Of a DNA stretch of 64,000 bases, positions 52,726 through 63,406 are shown piece after piece (the first letter of the stretch is position 1; each line of letters opens with the position of its first letter). A program made the translations under genes and the position numbers. Below the pieces are notes generated by a model, which was not told the DNA's origin, did no database searches, and saw only the letters and a list, made by a program, of their open reading frames with translations. This DNA is from an uncultured Acidobacteriota bacterium (GTDB lineage: Bacteria > Acidobacteriota > Thermoanaerobaculia > UBA5066 > Gp7-AA6): the NCBI GenBank assembly GCA_963805495.1, contig CAWDUQ010000002.1:17244-81243 (forward strand), read 5' to 3'.

Positions 52726-55700
52726 GCCCGTCTCGTCCCTTCATCCTCCGGCCGGTCGCCACGTCTCTCCTGATGGCCGGCCTGCTGCTCGCGGGGGTCG
52801 TGGCCTACCGCCAGCTTCCCGTCTCGGCGCTCCCGCAGGTCGACTACCCGACGATCCAGGTCGTGACCTTCTATCCGGGCGCGGGCCCCGAGGTCATGGC
52901 CTCCTCCGTCACGGCCCCGCTCGAACGCCAGTTCGGCCAGGTCCCGGGCCTGAACCAGATGACGTCGACCTCCGCCGACGGCGCCTCGGTCATCACGCTG
53001 CAGTTCGCGCTCGACCTCGACATCGACATCGCCGAGCAGCAGGTGCAGGCCGCGATCAACTCGGCCGGGTCCTTCCTGCCGCGGGACCTTCCCAATCCTC
53101 CCGTTTACAGCAAGGTCAACCCGGCCGATGCCCCGATCCTGACGCTCGCGCTGACCTCCGAGACGCTGCCGCTGTCGAGGGTCCACGACCTCGCCGATAC
53201 GCGCCTGGCGCAGAAGATGGCGCAGCTGCCGGGGGTGGGCCTCGTGTCGCTCTCGGGCGGCCAGAAGCCCGCCGTGCGCATCCGCGCCAATCCCACGGCG
53301 CTCTCCTCCTACGGCCTCACGCTCGAGGACGTGCGGACCGTGATCGCCGCTTCCAACGTCAACCAGGCCAAGGGCAGTTTCGACGGCCCGAACCACGCGT
53401 ACACGATCGGCGCCAACGACCAGCTTCTTTCGAGCTCCGACTACCGGCCCCTCGTCATCGCGTACCGCAACGGCGCGCCGGTGCGGCTCGAGGACGTCGC
53501 CGACGTCGTCGACGCGACGGAGAACATCCGCCAGGCCGCCTGGATGGACCGCGTCCCGGCGGTCATCCTGAACATCCAGCGGCAGCCGGGGGCGAACATC
53601 ATCTCGGTCGCCGACCGCGTCAAGGCCCTCCTCCCGCAGCTTCAGGCGTCGCTGCCCTCGGCCGTGAAGGTCACGATGCTGACCGACCGGACGACGACGA
53701 TCCGCGCCTCGGTGCGCGACGTGCAGCTCGAGCTGATGCTCACGATCGCGCTCGTCGTCATGGTCATCTTCCTCTTCCTGCGCAACCTCGCCGCGACCCT
53801 GATCCCGAGCGTGGCCGTGCCCCTTTCCCTCGTCGGCACGTTCGCCGCGATGTACCTGCTGGGCTACAGCCTCAACAACCTGACGCTGATGGCGCTGACG
53901 ATCGCGACCGGCTTCGTCGTCGACGACGCGATCGTCATGATCGAGAACATCGTGCGCTACGTCGAGGACGGCATGAAACCGCTGGAGGCCGCGCTCAAGG
54001 GCGCCGAGCAGATCGGTTTCACGATCATGTCGTTGACGGTCTCGCTGATCGCCGTGCTGATCCCGCTCCTCTTCATGGGCGACGTCGTGGGCCGCCTCTT
54101 CCGCGAGTTCGCGGTGACGCTCTCGGTGACGATCCTCGTTTCGGCGGCGGTCTCGCTGACGTTGACGCCGATGATGTGCGCGAAGATCCTGCGCCACCGG
54201 CCGGCGTCGCAACAGTCGCGCTTCGAGCGGTCGGCCGAGCGGGCCTTCGTCCGCGTGCAGGGGTTCTACCGGCGGACCCTCGAGAAGGTCCTCGAGCACC
54301 AGCCGGCGACCCTGGCCGTGGCCGTCGGCACGCTCGTCCTGACGGTCGCCCTCTACGTCTTCATCCCCAAGGGCTTCTTCCCGGTCCAGGACACGGGCGT
54401 CATCCTCGGGATTTCGGAAGCCGAGCAGTCGGTGTCCTTCGCGACGATGGCCGAGCGCCAGCAGGCCCTGGCGCGCGTGATCCTGGCCGACCCGGCCGTC
54501 GCGAGCCTGTCGTCGTTCATCGGGATCGACGGCACGAACGCGACGTTGAACAGCGGGCGGATCCAGATCAATCTCAAGCCGCTCGCCGACCGTGAATTGC
54601 GGGCGAGCGCGCTCATCCGCCGCCTCCAGCCGAAGCTGGCGTCGGTGCCGGGGATCACCCTCTACATGCAGCCGGCCCAGGAGCTGACGGTCGAGGACCG
54701 CGTCAGCCGGACGCAATACCAGTACAGTCTCGAGCACCCGGACGCGGCGGTCCTCGACGAGTGGGTTCCGAAGCTGATGGAGCGGCTGAGGAAGCTGCCG
54801 CAGCTGGCCGACGTCGCGAACGACCAGCAGAACCGGGGCCTTCGGGTGACGCTCGCTCTCGACCGGGCGACGATGTCGCGCCTGGGGCTGACGCCGCTGT
54901 CGGTCGACGACGCGCTCTACAACGCTTTCGGCCAGCGCCAGATCTCGACCATGTTCACCCAGCTCAATCAGTACCGGGTGGTCCTCGAGGCCGATCCCGT
55001 CTTCCAGCGGACCCCCGAGGACCTCGCCCACGTCTACGTCCGCAGCTCATCCGGGGCGGTCGTGCCGCTCTCGGCGTTCAGCCGCATCGAGTCGTCGCGC
55101 GCACCCCTCGCGATCAACCACCAGGGTCAGTTCCCGGTCGTGACGATCTCCTTCAACCTCGCGCCCGGAGTCTCGCTCGGGGAGGCGGTGCGGGCGATCG
55201 AGCGGGCGAAGGCGGAGCTCGGCCTGCCTCCCGGCGTCCAGGCCGGGTTTCAGGGCACGGCGCGTGCCTTCCGCGCCTCGCTCGTCAACACGCCCCTCCT
55301 GATCCTCGCGGCGATCGTGACGGTCTACATCCTGCTCGGCGTCCTCTACGAGAGCTACATCCACCCGGTGACGATCCTCTCGACGCTGCCCTCGGCGGGA
55401 GTCGGCGCGCTCCTGTCCCTGATGATCTGCCGGATGGACTTCAACGTGATCGCGTTGATCGGGATCATCCTGCTGATCGGCATCGTCGAGAAGAACGCGA
55501 TCATGATGATCGACTTCGCCCTCGACGCCGAGCGCAAGGAAGGCAAACCCCCGCGCGAAGCGATCTTCCAGGCGTGCCTTCTGCGGCTGCGGCCGATCCT
55601 CATGACGACGTTTGCGGCGCTTCTCGCGGGCGTGCCCCTGGCGGTCGGGGGCGGAACGGGCGCCGAACTGCGGCGGCCGCTCGGCGTCGCGATCGTCGGC

Positions 55701-55844
55701 GGTCTCATCTTTTCGCAGGTCCTGACGCTCTACACGACCCCCGTCATCTACCTCGCGTTCGACCGGCTCGCGCGCCGCGTGGCGCGCCGGGGCGCTCGCG
55801 GCCGGGTCCGTGCGCCGGCGCCGGCGGCGACGGAGGGCCGGTGA
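52722..55844 (+). CDS. mdtB: RND multidrug efflux permease (MdtB-like)
   Basis: The TTG start overlaps the mdtA stop. [24 protein letters not shown].. is followed by AcrB-type architecture over 1040 aa. Confidence 0.93.
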   Translation: MSPSRPFILRPVATSLLMAGLLLAGVVAYRQLPVSALPQVDYPTIQVVTFYPGAGPEVMASSVTAPLERQFGQVPGLNQMTSTSADGASVITLQFALDLDIDIAEQQVQAAINSAGSFLPRDLPNPPVYSKVNPADAPILTLALTSETLPLSRVHDLADTRLAQKMAQLPGVGLVSLSGGQKPAVRIRANPTALSSYGLTLEDVRTVIAASNVNQAKGSFDGPNHAYTIGANDQLLSSSDYRPLVIAYRNGAPVRLEDVADVVDATENIRQAAWMDRVPAVILNIQRQPGANIISVADRVKALLPQLQASLPSAVKVTMLTDRTTTIRASVRDVQLELMLTIALVVMVIFLFLRNLAATLIPSVAVPLSLVGTFAAMYLLGYSLNNLTLMALTIATGFVVDDAIVMIENIVRYVEDGMKPLEAALKGAEQIGFTIMSLTVSLIAVLIPLLFMGDVVGRLFREFAVTLSVTILVSAAVSLTLTPMMCAKILRHRPASQQSRFERSAERAFVRVQGFYRRTLEKVLEHQPATLAVAVGTLVLTVALYVFIPKGFFPVQDTGVILGISEAEQSVSFATMAERQQALARVILADPAVASLSSFIGIDGTNATLNSGRIQINLKPLADRELRASALIRRLQPKLASVPGITLYMQPAQELTVEDRVSRTQYQYSLEHPDAAVLDEWVPKLMERLRKLPQLADVANDQQNRGLRVTLALDRATMSRLGLTPLSVDDALYNAFGQRQISTMFTQLNQYRVVLEADPVFQRTPEDLAHVYVRSSSGAVVPLSAFSRIESSRAPLAINHQGQFPVVTISFNLAPGVSLGEAVRAIERAKAELGLPPGVQAGFQGTARAFRASLVNTPLLILAAIVTVYILLGVLYESYIHPVTILSTLPSAGVGALLSLMICRMDFNVIALIGIILLIGIVEKNAIMMIDFALDAERKEGKPPREAIFQACLLRLRPILMTTFAALLAGVPLAVGGGTGAELRRPLGVAIVGGLIFSQVLTLYTTPVIYLAFDRLARRVARRGARGRVRAPAPAATEGR

Positions 55845-58800
55845 GCGTTTCGGAGGCCTTCATCCGGCGCCCCGTCGGCACGACGCTCCTGACGATCGCC
55901 GTGGCGCTCGCCGGCGGCGTGGCGTACTTCTTCCTCCCGGTCGCGCCCCTTCCGCAGGTCGAGTTCCCGACGATCCACGTCTCGGCGAGCCTGCCGGGGG
56001 CGAGCCCGGAGACGATGGCCTCGTCGGTCGCGACACCGCTCGAGCGCCAGTTCGGGCGGATCGCCGGGATCAACGAGATGACGTCCTCGAGCTCGCTCGG
56101 CGAGACGGACGTCTCGCTCCAGTTCGACCTCGGCCGAAACGTCGACGCCGCGGCGCGCGACGTGCAGGCCGCCATCAACGCCGCGCGCGGGCAGTTGCCC
56201 GCAAGTCTTCCGTCGAACCCCCGCTTTCACAAGGTCAATCCGGCGGACGCGCCCATCCTGCTCCTCGCGCTCGCCTCGGACGTCGTGGAGAAGGGCGTCA
56301 TCTACGACGTCGCCTCCTCGATCCTGCAGCAGAAGATCTCGCAGGTCGAGGGCGTGGGCCGCGTGTTCGTGGGCGGTGGGGCCCTGCCCGCGGTCCGCGT
56401 CGACGTCAATCCCACGGCCCTGAACAGCGCCGGGCTCTCGCTCGAGGACGTGCGCGGCTTCCTGGGCTCCGCCAACGCCAACCGGCCCAAGGGCCAGCTC
56501 GGGGCCGGAGCGCGCGCGTGGGCGATCGGCGCGACCGACCAGCTCCGCTCGGCCGCCGATTACCGGCCGCTCGTCCTGTCCTACCGCGACGGCGGCGCGC
56601 TTCGCCTTTCGGACGTCGCGACGGTCCTCGACTCGGTCGAGGACGTGCGGACGAGCGGCGTCGCCAACGGAAAGCCGGCCGTCATCATCATCATCTTCCG
56701 TCAGCCCGGAGCGAACATCATCGCGACGGTCGACCGGATCAAGGCGCTCCTGCCGCAGCTGCAGCAGGACCTTCCGCCGACGATCCAGCTCGCCGGGGTG
56801 ATCGACCGCTCGACCACCATCCGCGCCTCCGTGCGGGACGTCCAGGTGACGCTCGGGATCTCGATCGCCCTCGTCATCCTGGTCGTCTTCGTCTTCCTGC
56901 GGAGCCTCCGCGCGACGCTCATCCCGAGCGTCGTCGTGCCCGTGTCGCTCGTCGGGACCTTCGGGGCGATGTACTTCCTGGGCTACAGCATCGACAACCT
57001 GTCGCTGATGGCCCTGACGATCGCCACCGGCTTCGTGGTCGACGACGCCATCGTCGTGATCGAGAACATCACGCGGCACCTCGAATCGGGGGCGTCGCCG
57101 TTGGAGGCCGCGCGCCGGGGCGCCCGCGAGATCGCCTTCACGGTCTTCACGATCAGCATCTCCCTCGTGGCGGTCTTCATCCCGATCCTCCTGATGGGAG
57201 GCATCGTCGGGAGGTTGTTCCGGGAGTTCGCCGTAACCCTCTCGGTCGCGATCCTCATCTCCATGGTCATCTCCCTGACGACGACGCCGATGATGTGCGC
57301 GATGCTGCTCCGCCGGCCGGCCGAGGAAAAGGCGGGCCGGTTCTTCCGGGCGAGCGAGCGGACCGTGGAATGGCTGCGCTCGCTGTACCGGCGGTCCCTC
57401 GCGTCGGTCCTGCGGCACCAGCCCCTGACCCTCGCGGTCACGCTCGCGACGATGGCGGCGACGGTCTTCCTGTACGTCCTCATCCCCAAGGGCTTCTTTC
57501 CGCAGCAGGACACGGGCCGGCTGGCGGGGTCGATCCAGGCCGACCAGAACTCCTCCTTCCAGGCGATGGACCGCCGGGTCGCGCGGTTCGTCGACATCGT
57601 CATGCAGGACCCCGGCGTCGACTACGTGCAGGCCTATGCCGGCGGCGATTCGCCCAACACCGGCCGGATGTTCGTGAACCTCAAGCCCGTCGGCGCGCGC
57701 GACGCTTCGGCCGACGAGATCATCGCAAGGCTGCGGCCGAAGCTCGCGCAGGTGCCGGGGGCTTCGCTCTATCTCCAGTCGGTCCAGGACCTGCGCATCG
57801 GCGGCCGGGCGAGCGCCTCGCAGTTTCAGTACACCCTGCGCAGCGACGACGTCCGGGACCTGCAGGAATGGGCGCCCCGCGTTCTCGCGCGCCTGCGCCG
57901 GATCCCGAGCATCGCCGACGTCAACAGCGACCAGCAGGTCCGGGGCCTCGAGGCCTCCCTGACCGTCGACCGTGCGACGGCCTCCCGTCTCGGCATCACG
58001 CCCCGGGCGATCGACAACACGCTCTACGACGCCTTCGGGCAGCGTCCGGTCTCGACGATCTACACCGCGCTCAACCAGTACCACGTGATCCTGGGGCTCG
58101 AGCCGAGGTACCAGCAGGGCCCCGAGGCCCTCGAGGCCGTGCGCGTGCGATCCAACGACGGCTCGCTCGTTCCGCTGGCGGCGTTCGCGCGCTACGAGCC
58201 GTCCACGGCGCCGCTGGAGGTCAACCACCAGGGGCTCTTCCCCGCGGTCACGATCTCGTTCGCCCTCGCGCCGGGCCGGGCGCTCGGCGACGCGGTCGAG
58301 GACATCCAGCGGGCCACGGCCGAGGCCGGCCTGCCGGCCTCGATCCGAGGCAGTTTCCAGGGCACGGCACAGGCGTTCCAGGCCTCGCTCGCCAACCAGC
58401 CGTGGCTGATCCTCTTCGCGCTTCTGACGGTCTACATCGTGCTCGGGATCCTCTACGAGAGCTTCATCCACCCGATCACGATCCTTTCGACGCTCCCCTC
58501 GGCCGGAGTCGGCGCCCTGCTCGCCCTTCTCCTTTTCCGGACCGAGCTCTCGGTCATCGCGCTGATCGGGATCATTCTCCTGATCGGCATCGTCAAGAAG
58601 AACGCCATCCTCATGATCGACTTCGCCATCGAGGCCGAGCGGCGGGAGGGCAAGAGCCCGGACGAGGCGATCTTCGAGGCCTGCATGCTCCGCTTCCGTC
58701 CGATCACGATGACGACGATGGCGGCGTTGCTCGGCGGGCTTCCCCTGGCGATCGGACTCGGCACCGGGGGAGAGCTGCGGCGGCCGCTCGGCATCGCGAT

Positions 58801-58945
58801 CGTCGGCGGCCTCATCTTTTCGCAGATGCTGACGCTCTACACCACTCCGGTCGTCTACCTGTATCTCGACCGCCTCCGGATCCGGTGGGCGGACCTGCGG
58901 CGCCGGCGCTTCCGCCGGCCCGTGCTCGTGAGGAGCGGACCATGA
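55841..58945 (+). CDS. mdtC: RND multidrug efflux permease (MdtC-like)
   Basis: The GTG start overlaps the mdtB stop (GTGA). [22 protein letters not shown].. opens a 1034-aa product that is paralogous to the upstream pump. Confidence 0.93.
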   Translation: MSVSEAFIRRPVGTTLLTIAVALAGGVAYFFLPVAPLPQVEFPTIHVSASLPGASPETMASSVATPLERQFGRIAGINEMTSSSSLGETDVSLQFDLGRNVDAAARDVQAAINAARGQLPASLPSNPRFHKVNPADAPILLLALASDVVEKGVIYDVASSILQQKISQVEGVGRVFVGGGALPAVRVDVNPTALNSAGLSLEDVRGFLGSANANRPKGQLGAGARAWAIGATDQLRSAADYRPLVLSYRDGGALRLSDVATVLDSVEDVRTSGVANGKPAVIIIIFRQPGANIIATVDRIKALLPQLQQDLPPTIQLAGVIDRSTTIRASVRDVQVTLGISIALVILVVFVFLRSLRATLIPSVVVPVSLVGTFGAMYFLGYSIDNLSLMALTIATGFVVDDAIVVIENITRHLESGASPLEAARRGAREIAFTVFTISISLVAVFIPILLMGGIVGRLFREFAVTLSVAILISMVISLTTTPMMCAMLLRRPAEEKAGRFFRASERTVEWLRSLYRRSLASVLRHQPLTLAVTLATMAATVFLYVLIPKGFFPQQDTGRLAGSIQADQNSSFQAMDRRVARFVDIVMQDPGVDYVQAYAGGDSPNTGRMFVNLKPVGARDASADEIIARLRPKLAQVPGASLYLQSVQDLRIGGRASASQFQYTLRSDDVRDLQEWAPRVLARLRRIPSIADVNSDQQVRGLEASLTVDRATASRLGITPRAIDNTLYDAFGQRPVSTIYTALNQYHVILGLEPRYQQGPEALEAVRVRSNDGSLVPLAAFARYEPSTAPLEVNHQGLFPAVTISFALAPGRALGDAVEDIQRATAEAGLPASIRGSFQGTAQAFQASLANQPWLILFALLTVYIVLGILYESFIHPITILSTLPSAGVGALLALLLFRTELSVIALIGIILLIGIVKKNAILMIDFAIEAERREGKSPDEAIFEACMLRFRPITMTTMAALLGGLPLAIGLGTGGELRRPLGIAIVGGLIFSQMLTLYTTPVVYLYLDRLRIRWADLRRRRFRRPVLVRSGP

Positions 58946-60036
58946 AGCGTCGTTTCCGGATCCCGGCCGTGTTTCTCGGCGCGGCCCTCGCGGCCGCGGC
59001 GTCGGCCCAGACGATGTCGATCGAGGAGTACGAGCCGAAGTCGACGCTCGTCGTTCCCGAGCACCACCCGTCGAAGGCGAAGTATCCGTTCATCGACGTT
59101 CACAACCACCAGGACCGGGACATCTCGGCCGAGGAGGCCCGCCAGCTCGTCGCCGACATGGACCGGATCGGCATGCGGGTCATGGTGAATCTCTCGGGAT
59201 CGCAGGGGGCCGAGCTCGTGAAGGGGCTCGCGAATCTCGCCGGTCGGTATCCCGGGCGGTTCGTGGTCTTCGCCAACCTCGACTTCAAGGGCATCTCGGA
59301 GCCGGGCTGGGGAGAGCGGGCGGCCGCGCAGCTCGCGCGCGACTACGCCGCCGGGGCCCGGGGCCTCAAGATCTTCAAGAACCTCGGGATGACGGTGATG
59401 GACGGCTCGGGCAAGCGCGTCCCGGTCGACGACCCGCGCATCGACCCGGTGTGGGACAAAGCGGGGGAGCTCGGCATCCCCGTCCTCATCCACACCGCCG
59501 AGCCGCACTCCTTCTTCGAGCCCCAGGACAAGTACAACGAGCGCTGGCTGGAGCTCAAGCAGTTCCCGCAGCGCGCGCGACCGCCGGAGAAGTTTCCGCC
59601 GTTCGAGCAGCTCATGACCGAGCAGCATCACATGTTCGAGAAACATCCGAAGACGAAGTACATCGACGCGCACCTCGGCTGGCTCGGCGGGGATCTCGGG
59701 CGGCTCGGCAAGCTCTTCGACCGCCTGCCGAACGTCTACACCGAGATCGGCGCCGTGCTGGCCGAGCTCGGCCGCCAGCCCCGCTTCGCGCACGACTGGT
59801 TCGTGAAGTACCAGGACCGCGTGCTCTTCGGGAAGGACTCCTGGGCGGCCGACGAGTACCTCGTCTACTTCCGCGTGCTCGAGACCGACGACGAGTACTT
59901 CGACTACTACCGGAAACGGCACGCCTTCTGGAAGATGTACGGCCTCGCGCTGCCGGACGAAGTCCTGAAGAAGATCTACTACAAAAACGCGCTCAGGATC
60001 GTGCCGGGGATCGACCCGTCGGGGTTTCCCCCGTAG
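58942..60036 (+). CDS. Secreted amidohydrolase-2 (TIM-barrel metal-dependent hydrolase) family protein
   Basis: An ATGA overlap links it to the mdtC stop. It has a signal peptide, and ..FIDVHNHQ.. and ..VLIHTAEP.. motifs are present. Confidence 0.75.
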   Translation: MKRRFRIPAVFLGAALAAAASAQTMSIEEYEPKSTLVVPEHHPSKAKYPFIDVHNHQDRDISAEEARQLVADMDRIGMRVMVNLSGSQGAELVKGLANLAGRYPGRFVVFANLDFKGISEPGWGERAAAQLARDYAAGARGLKIFKNLGMTVMDGSGKRVPVDDPRIDPVWDKAGELGIPVLIHTAEPHSFFEPQDKYNERWLELKQFPQRARPPEKFPPFEQLMTEQHHMFEKHPKTKYIDAHLGWLGGDLGRLGKLFDRLPNVYTEIGAVLAELGRQPRFAHDWFVKYQDRVLFGKDSWAADEYLVYFRVLETDDEYFDYYRKRHAFWKMYGLALPDEVLKKIYYKNALRIVPGIDPSGFPP

Positions 60037-61092
60037 GGGTCAATCGTGTATTCCTGTATTCGCAGAGCCGAGCAATGCGGAGATCTCGGCAACTCGCGCA
60101 CGCAGGCCGGGATCCCGGGCCATCACATCCTCGAGCCGCCGTACGCCACGGTTGAACGTCGACTCTTCCCGGCCAAAGCACCTCGCCATGGCCGCGATCG
60201 AGAACCCCGCGTCCCGCCAGCCAAGGTAGGCAGCCATTAGCCGCACGCGCGATTCCCTCAGACACTTACCCGGCTTTTCCAGATGACTCAATGATAGGCC
60301 CTCGGACCGTGCCACTGCGTCGGCCAGACTCTCCGGCGTCCACCGGCTCGGCATCCGTCGACCCTCGCCGACGGCAGCCAGCGCGCGCTCGGCGAACCCA
60401 CGCTCCCCTTTGACGGCGAACCCGTACGCGGGGACATCGTCGTAGGTCTGCTCCTCGCGTCTCGACATCAGCCGCCGGTAGACCGACACCGCCCGGGCCC
60501 GATCCGGCGCCAGAAGCGTGAGCACGCCGTCCATGTCCAACCAAGCCGGTCCCGTCCCGGATCGATAGTACGAATCGCTCGACCAGCGAAACGCCTCGGG
60601 TCGAGCGACGACGCCCGCCGCCACGGGATTCAGATGGATGTACCGCAGCAGGGCGAGGAGATAACGCTCCTCCTGGACGAGAAAGCTCTTGTAGCGGCCC
60701 TGAAACAGGTGGCCGACCCGACGGTGCCGGGAATTGAACTTCTGCGCGTAGAAGGATTGGAGCGTCAGCATGAACCGGGAGAGTGGGTCCGGGCCTCTTC
60801 CGAGGGCGAGGTGGACGTGGTTGTCCATCAGGCAATAGGCGAGGACGCGGAACCTCAGCCGGTTCCGACACTCTCCCAGCCTCTCGAGGTAGATCGTGCG
60901 GTCAATGTCGTCGCGGAAGATTTCCCTGCGTTCGTTGCCGCGCGCGATCACATGGTAGACACCCCCGGTGACCTCGACTCGCAGCGGCCGCGGCACGAAC
61001 ACCTCCAGGCAAGGCGACTTCGCCTACTTAGAGTTGTCGCGAGCGGGATCCCCGGGCACCAGGAATACAGGAATACACGGTTGACCCCTTAC
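60033..61092 (-). mobile_element. RAYT-like Y1-transposase unit bounded by inverted repeats of about 29-30 nt
   Basis: IR-L at 60033-60061: GTAGGGGTCAATCGTGTATTCCTGTATTC. IR-R at 61063-61092, reverse complement: GTAAGGGGTCAACCGTGTATTCCTGTATTC. A single gene lies between them. Confidence 0.75.
60040..61002 (-). CDS. IS200/IS605-type Y1 (HUH) transposase-like protein, REP-associated (RAYT-like), with a C-terminal DnaA-domain-IV-like HTH
   Basis: HUH DNHVHLAL and the catalytic-Tyr region LLRYIHLNP are present. The C-terminal ..RVRLMAAYLGWRDAGFSIAAMARCFGREESTFNRGVRRLE.. resembles the DnaA C-terminal DNA-binding domain. The last 6 codons and the TGA are encoded by IR-L. Confidence 0.85.
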   Translation of the reverse strand: MFVPRPLRVEVTGGVYHVIARGNERREIFRDDIDRTIYLERLGECRNRLRFRVLAYCLMDNHVHLALGRGPDPLSRFMLTLQSFYAQKFNSRHRRVGHLFQGRYKSFLVQEERYLLALLRYIHLNPVAAGVVARPEAFRWSSDSYYRSGTGPAWLDMDGVLTLLAPDRARAVSVYRRLMSRREEQTYDDVPAYGFAVKGERGFAERALAAVGEGRRMPSRWTPESLADAVARSEGLSLSHLEKPGKCLRESRVRLMAAYLGWRDAGFSIAAMARCFGREESTFNRGVRRLEDVMARDPGLRARVAEISALLGSANTGIHD

Positions 61093-61664
61093 ACGACGGC
61101 TTCCTCCGCCACCGGCGCTGGCGTCGCGGCGATCTCGAGCGCCACGGCGGCCGCGTGGATGGTCGCCGCGATCCGGATGGCGTCGTGGACCTGGTCCTCG
61201 GAGAGGTGCCCGTCGACGACGACCTTCTCGTGGGCGCGGACGCAGGCCTCGCAGCCGTTGATCGCGGAGGCCGCGAGCGAGAAGAGCTCGAAGTCGACCT
61301 TGCTCGTCGCGGGCTTGCCGAGGCGGTTCATGCGCAGGCGCGCCGGCTTCTCCGAGTACACGGGCTTGCCGACGACGTGCCGGAACCGGTAGTAGACGTT
61401 GTTCATCCCCATCAGGGCCGCCGCCGCGAGGGCGTCCTCGACCGCCGGCTCGCCGACGGCGCGCCGGGCGTCCGAGAGGACGGCCTCGAGCAGGCCGGGG
61501 TGCCGCGCCGCGGCCGCCGAAGCGACCGCGACGCCCCAGCGCTGCTCGGGGGAGAGGCTCCCCTCGGCGAGCACGGTCTGGAGGTTCAGCTTGACGTCCC
61601 GGGCGAGGTCCGGGAGGGCCTCCCGGACCGCCTCGAGGCCGTCGTAGGAACGCGCGGCCGTCAT
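61089..61664 (-). CDS. ahpD: Alkyl hydroperoxide reductase AhpD (carboxymuconolactone decarboxylase family)
   Basis: ..LFSLAASAINGCEACVRAHE.. is the CxxC motif. An ATGA overlap links it to the ahpC stop. Confidence 0.9.
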   Translation of the reverse strand: MTAARSYDGLEAVREALPDLARDVKLNLQTVLAEGSLSPEQRWGVAVASAAAARHPGLLEAVLSDARRAVGEPAVEDALAAAALMGMNNVYYRFRHVVGKPVYSEKPARLRMNRLGKPATSKVDFELFSLAASAINGCEACVRAHEKVVVDGHLSEDQVHDAIRIAATIHAAAVALEIAATPAPVAEEAVV

Positions 61665-62200
61665 GCGACCTCCAGCGTGGCCTCGCCCTTCTTCCAGTTG
61701 CACGGGCAGAGCTCGTCGGTCTGGAGGGCGTCCAGGACCCGCAGGACTTCGTCGACGTTGCGGCCGACCGAGAGGTCGTTGACGCTGACGTGGCGGATGA
61801 TCCCCTCCGGGTCCACGATGAAGGTGGCGCGCAGGGCGACCCCCTCGGTCTTGTGCAGGACGCCGAGCGCCTCGGAGAGCTCGCGCTTCGTGTCGGCGAG
61901 CATCGGGTAGGGCAGCGCCTTCAGGTCGGGGTGGTTGTTCCTCCAGGCGAGGTGGACGAAGTGCGTGTCGGTCGAGGCGCCGAGGAGCCGGGCGTCGCGG
62001 TCGCGGAAGTCCGCGTTGCGCCGGCCGAACTCGGCGATCTCGGTCGGGCAGACGAAGGTGAAGTCCATCGGCCAGAGGAAGACGACCTTCCACTGTCCGG
62101 GGTGGCTCGCGTGGGTGATCTCCTGGAACTCCTTGCCCTTCTCCAGGCCCACGACGGCCTGCAGGCGAAACTCGGGAAAACGGTCTCCAACGGTCAACAT
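61661..62200 (-). CDS. ahpC: Peroxiredoxin AhpC
   Basis: The peroxidatic Cys motif DFTFVCPTEI is present, and the C-terminal ..DELCPCNW.. carries the resolving Cys. Confidence 0.95.
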   Translation of the reverse strand: MLTVGDRFPEFRLQAVVGLEKGKEFQEITHASHPGQWKVVFLWPMDFTFVCPTEIAEFGRRNADFRDRDARLLGASTDTHFVHLAWRNNHPDLKALPYPMLADTKRELSEALGVLHKTEGVALRATFIVDPEGIIRHVSVNDLSVGRNVDEVLRVLDALQTDELCPCNWKKGEATLEVA

Positions 62201-62281
62201 GGTGTGAGAACTCCTTGGGATCCAAACGGGCGCGGCGCCTACCGCCGCCCCGGAATTGAAGGATGCCCCGGGGACGCACTC

Positions 62282-62326
62282 ATAGTCCAAGACTTTGTTT
62301 TTATCTGTGTGATAGGCTATAGCTAT
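62282..62326. promoter_or_regulatory. Candidate OxyR operator in the ahpC-oxyR divergent region
   Basis: This is an AT-rich patch. TTAT-N7-ATAG-N7-CTAT lies at 62301-62326 and ATAG-N7-CTTT at 62282-62296, partly matching the ATAG-N7-CTAT periodic OxyR motif. Confidence 0.4.
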
Positions 62327-62327
62327 C

Positions 62328-63272
62328 ATGAGAGGAGGCCCTCATCCCTTCACGCTCCGGCAGCTCCAGTACGCCGTGGCGGTCGCCGACACGCTCTCCT
62401 TCCGGAAGGCGGCCGAGATCTGCCGCGTCGCCCAGCCCTCGCTCTCGGCCCAGGTCGCGGCCCTCGAAAAAGGCCTGGGCGTCACGCTCTTCGAACGCGA
62501 CCGGCGGCGCGTCCTCGTCACCGCGACGGGGCGGGACCTCGTCGATCGCGCGCGGCGGATCCTCGTTGGCTCGGACGACCTGCTCGACGCCTCCCGGCGG
62601 CTCTCGGACCCGCTCGCCGGAATGGTCCGCGTCGGCGTGATTCCGACGATCTCTCCGTACCTTCTGCCGGGCGTGACTCCCGTGCTCCACGCGAAGTTCC
62701 CGCTCCTGACGATCGTCTGGGTCGAGGAGAAGACGGCAGTCCTGACGGAGCAGCTTTCCTCGGGGGCCCTCGACGGGGCGCTTCTCGCGCTCGAGGCCGA
62801 AATCGGGGACTTCGAGTACGCCGTGGTGGCGACCGACCCCTTCGTCCTCGCGGCGGCTCCGGGGGACCCCCTCGTGTCGGGGAAGGGGCCGGCGCGGCTC
62901 GCGGACCTCAAGGGGCGCCGCGTGCTGCTTCTCGACGACGGCCACTGCTTCCGCGCGCAGGCCCTCGAGGTCTGCTCCCGCGCCCGGGCGAGGGAGCTCG
63001 AGGTGCGGGCGACGAGCCTGCCGACGCTCTCGCAGATGGTGGCGCGGGGGCTCGGCGTCACGCTTCTGCCGCGACTGGCCGTCGCGACCGAGGCCGGCCG
63101 CGCGGGGCTCGAGATCCGGCCCTTCGAGGACCCGGCGCCGCATCGAACGATCGCTCTCGTCTGGCGGCGGGGCTCGCCGTGGGACGCGACGCTGCGGAAG
63201 GTCGCCGAGACGCTCGCCGCGGCGTACCCGCGAGGCGGGGCGGGGCCGCGACGCCGTTTACGTTCGAGGTGA
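62328..63272 (+). CDS. oxyR: LysR-type peroxide-sensing regulator OxyR
   Basis: The HTH is LRQLQYAVAVADTLSFRKAAEICRVAQPSLSAQV. LLLDDGHCFRAQALEVC has two Cys 9 residues apart, as for E. coli OxyR C199/C208. The gene is divergent from ahpCD. Confidence 0.85.
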   Translation: MRGGPHPFTLRQLQYAVAVADTLSFRKAAEICRVAQPSLSAQVAALEKGLGVTLFERDRRRVLVTATGRDLVDRARRILVGSDDLLDASRRLSDPLAGMVRVGVIPTISPYLLPGVTPVLHAKFPLLTIVWVEEKTAVLTEQLSSGALDGALLALEAEIGDFEYAVVATDPFVLAAAPGDPLVSGKGPARLADLKGRRVLLLDDGHCFRAQALEVCSRARARELEVRATSLPTLSQMVARGLGVTLLPRLAVATEAGRAGLEIRPFEDPAPHRTIALVWRRGSPWDATLRKVAETLAAAYPRGGAGPRRRLRSR

Positions 63273-63278
63273 AAGAAA

Positions 63279-63376
63279 GGGCGGCCACAAGGGCCGCCCC
63301 TACGCTGTGGCCCGGAATTGGCCGTCCCCCCGGGAGGAACGGGCTCGGGTCGTAGGGGCGGGGCTTGTCCCCGCCC
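63279..63376. repeat. Inverted pair of family-2 REP units
   Basis: 63279-63303 reverse complement: GTAG GGGCGGCC CTTGT GGCCGCCC. 63352-63376: GTAG GGGCGGGG CTTGT CCCCGCCC. The pair lies between convergent gene ends. Confidence 0.8.
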
Positions 63377-63406
63377 TCCGCGAACTCGGCTTCGAGGCTA
63401 GTTCCC

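Noticed and set aside
46020-58471. Long minus-strand ORFs opposite coxL (46020-48443), mdtB (52527-55031) and mdtC (55748-58471).
   Set aside because: These are shadow ORFs. The plus-strand genes have unambiguous family signatures and operon-style 4-nt overlaps.
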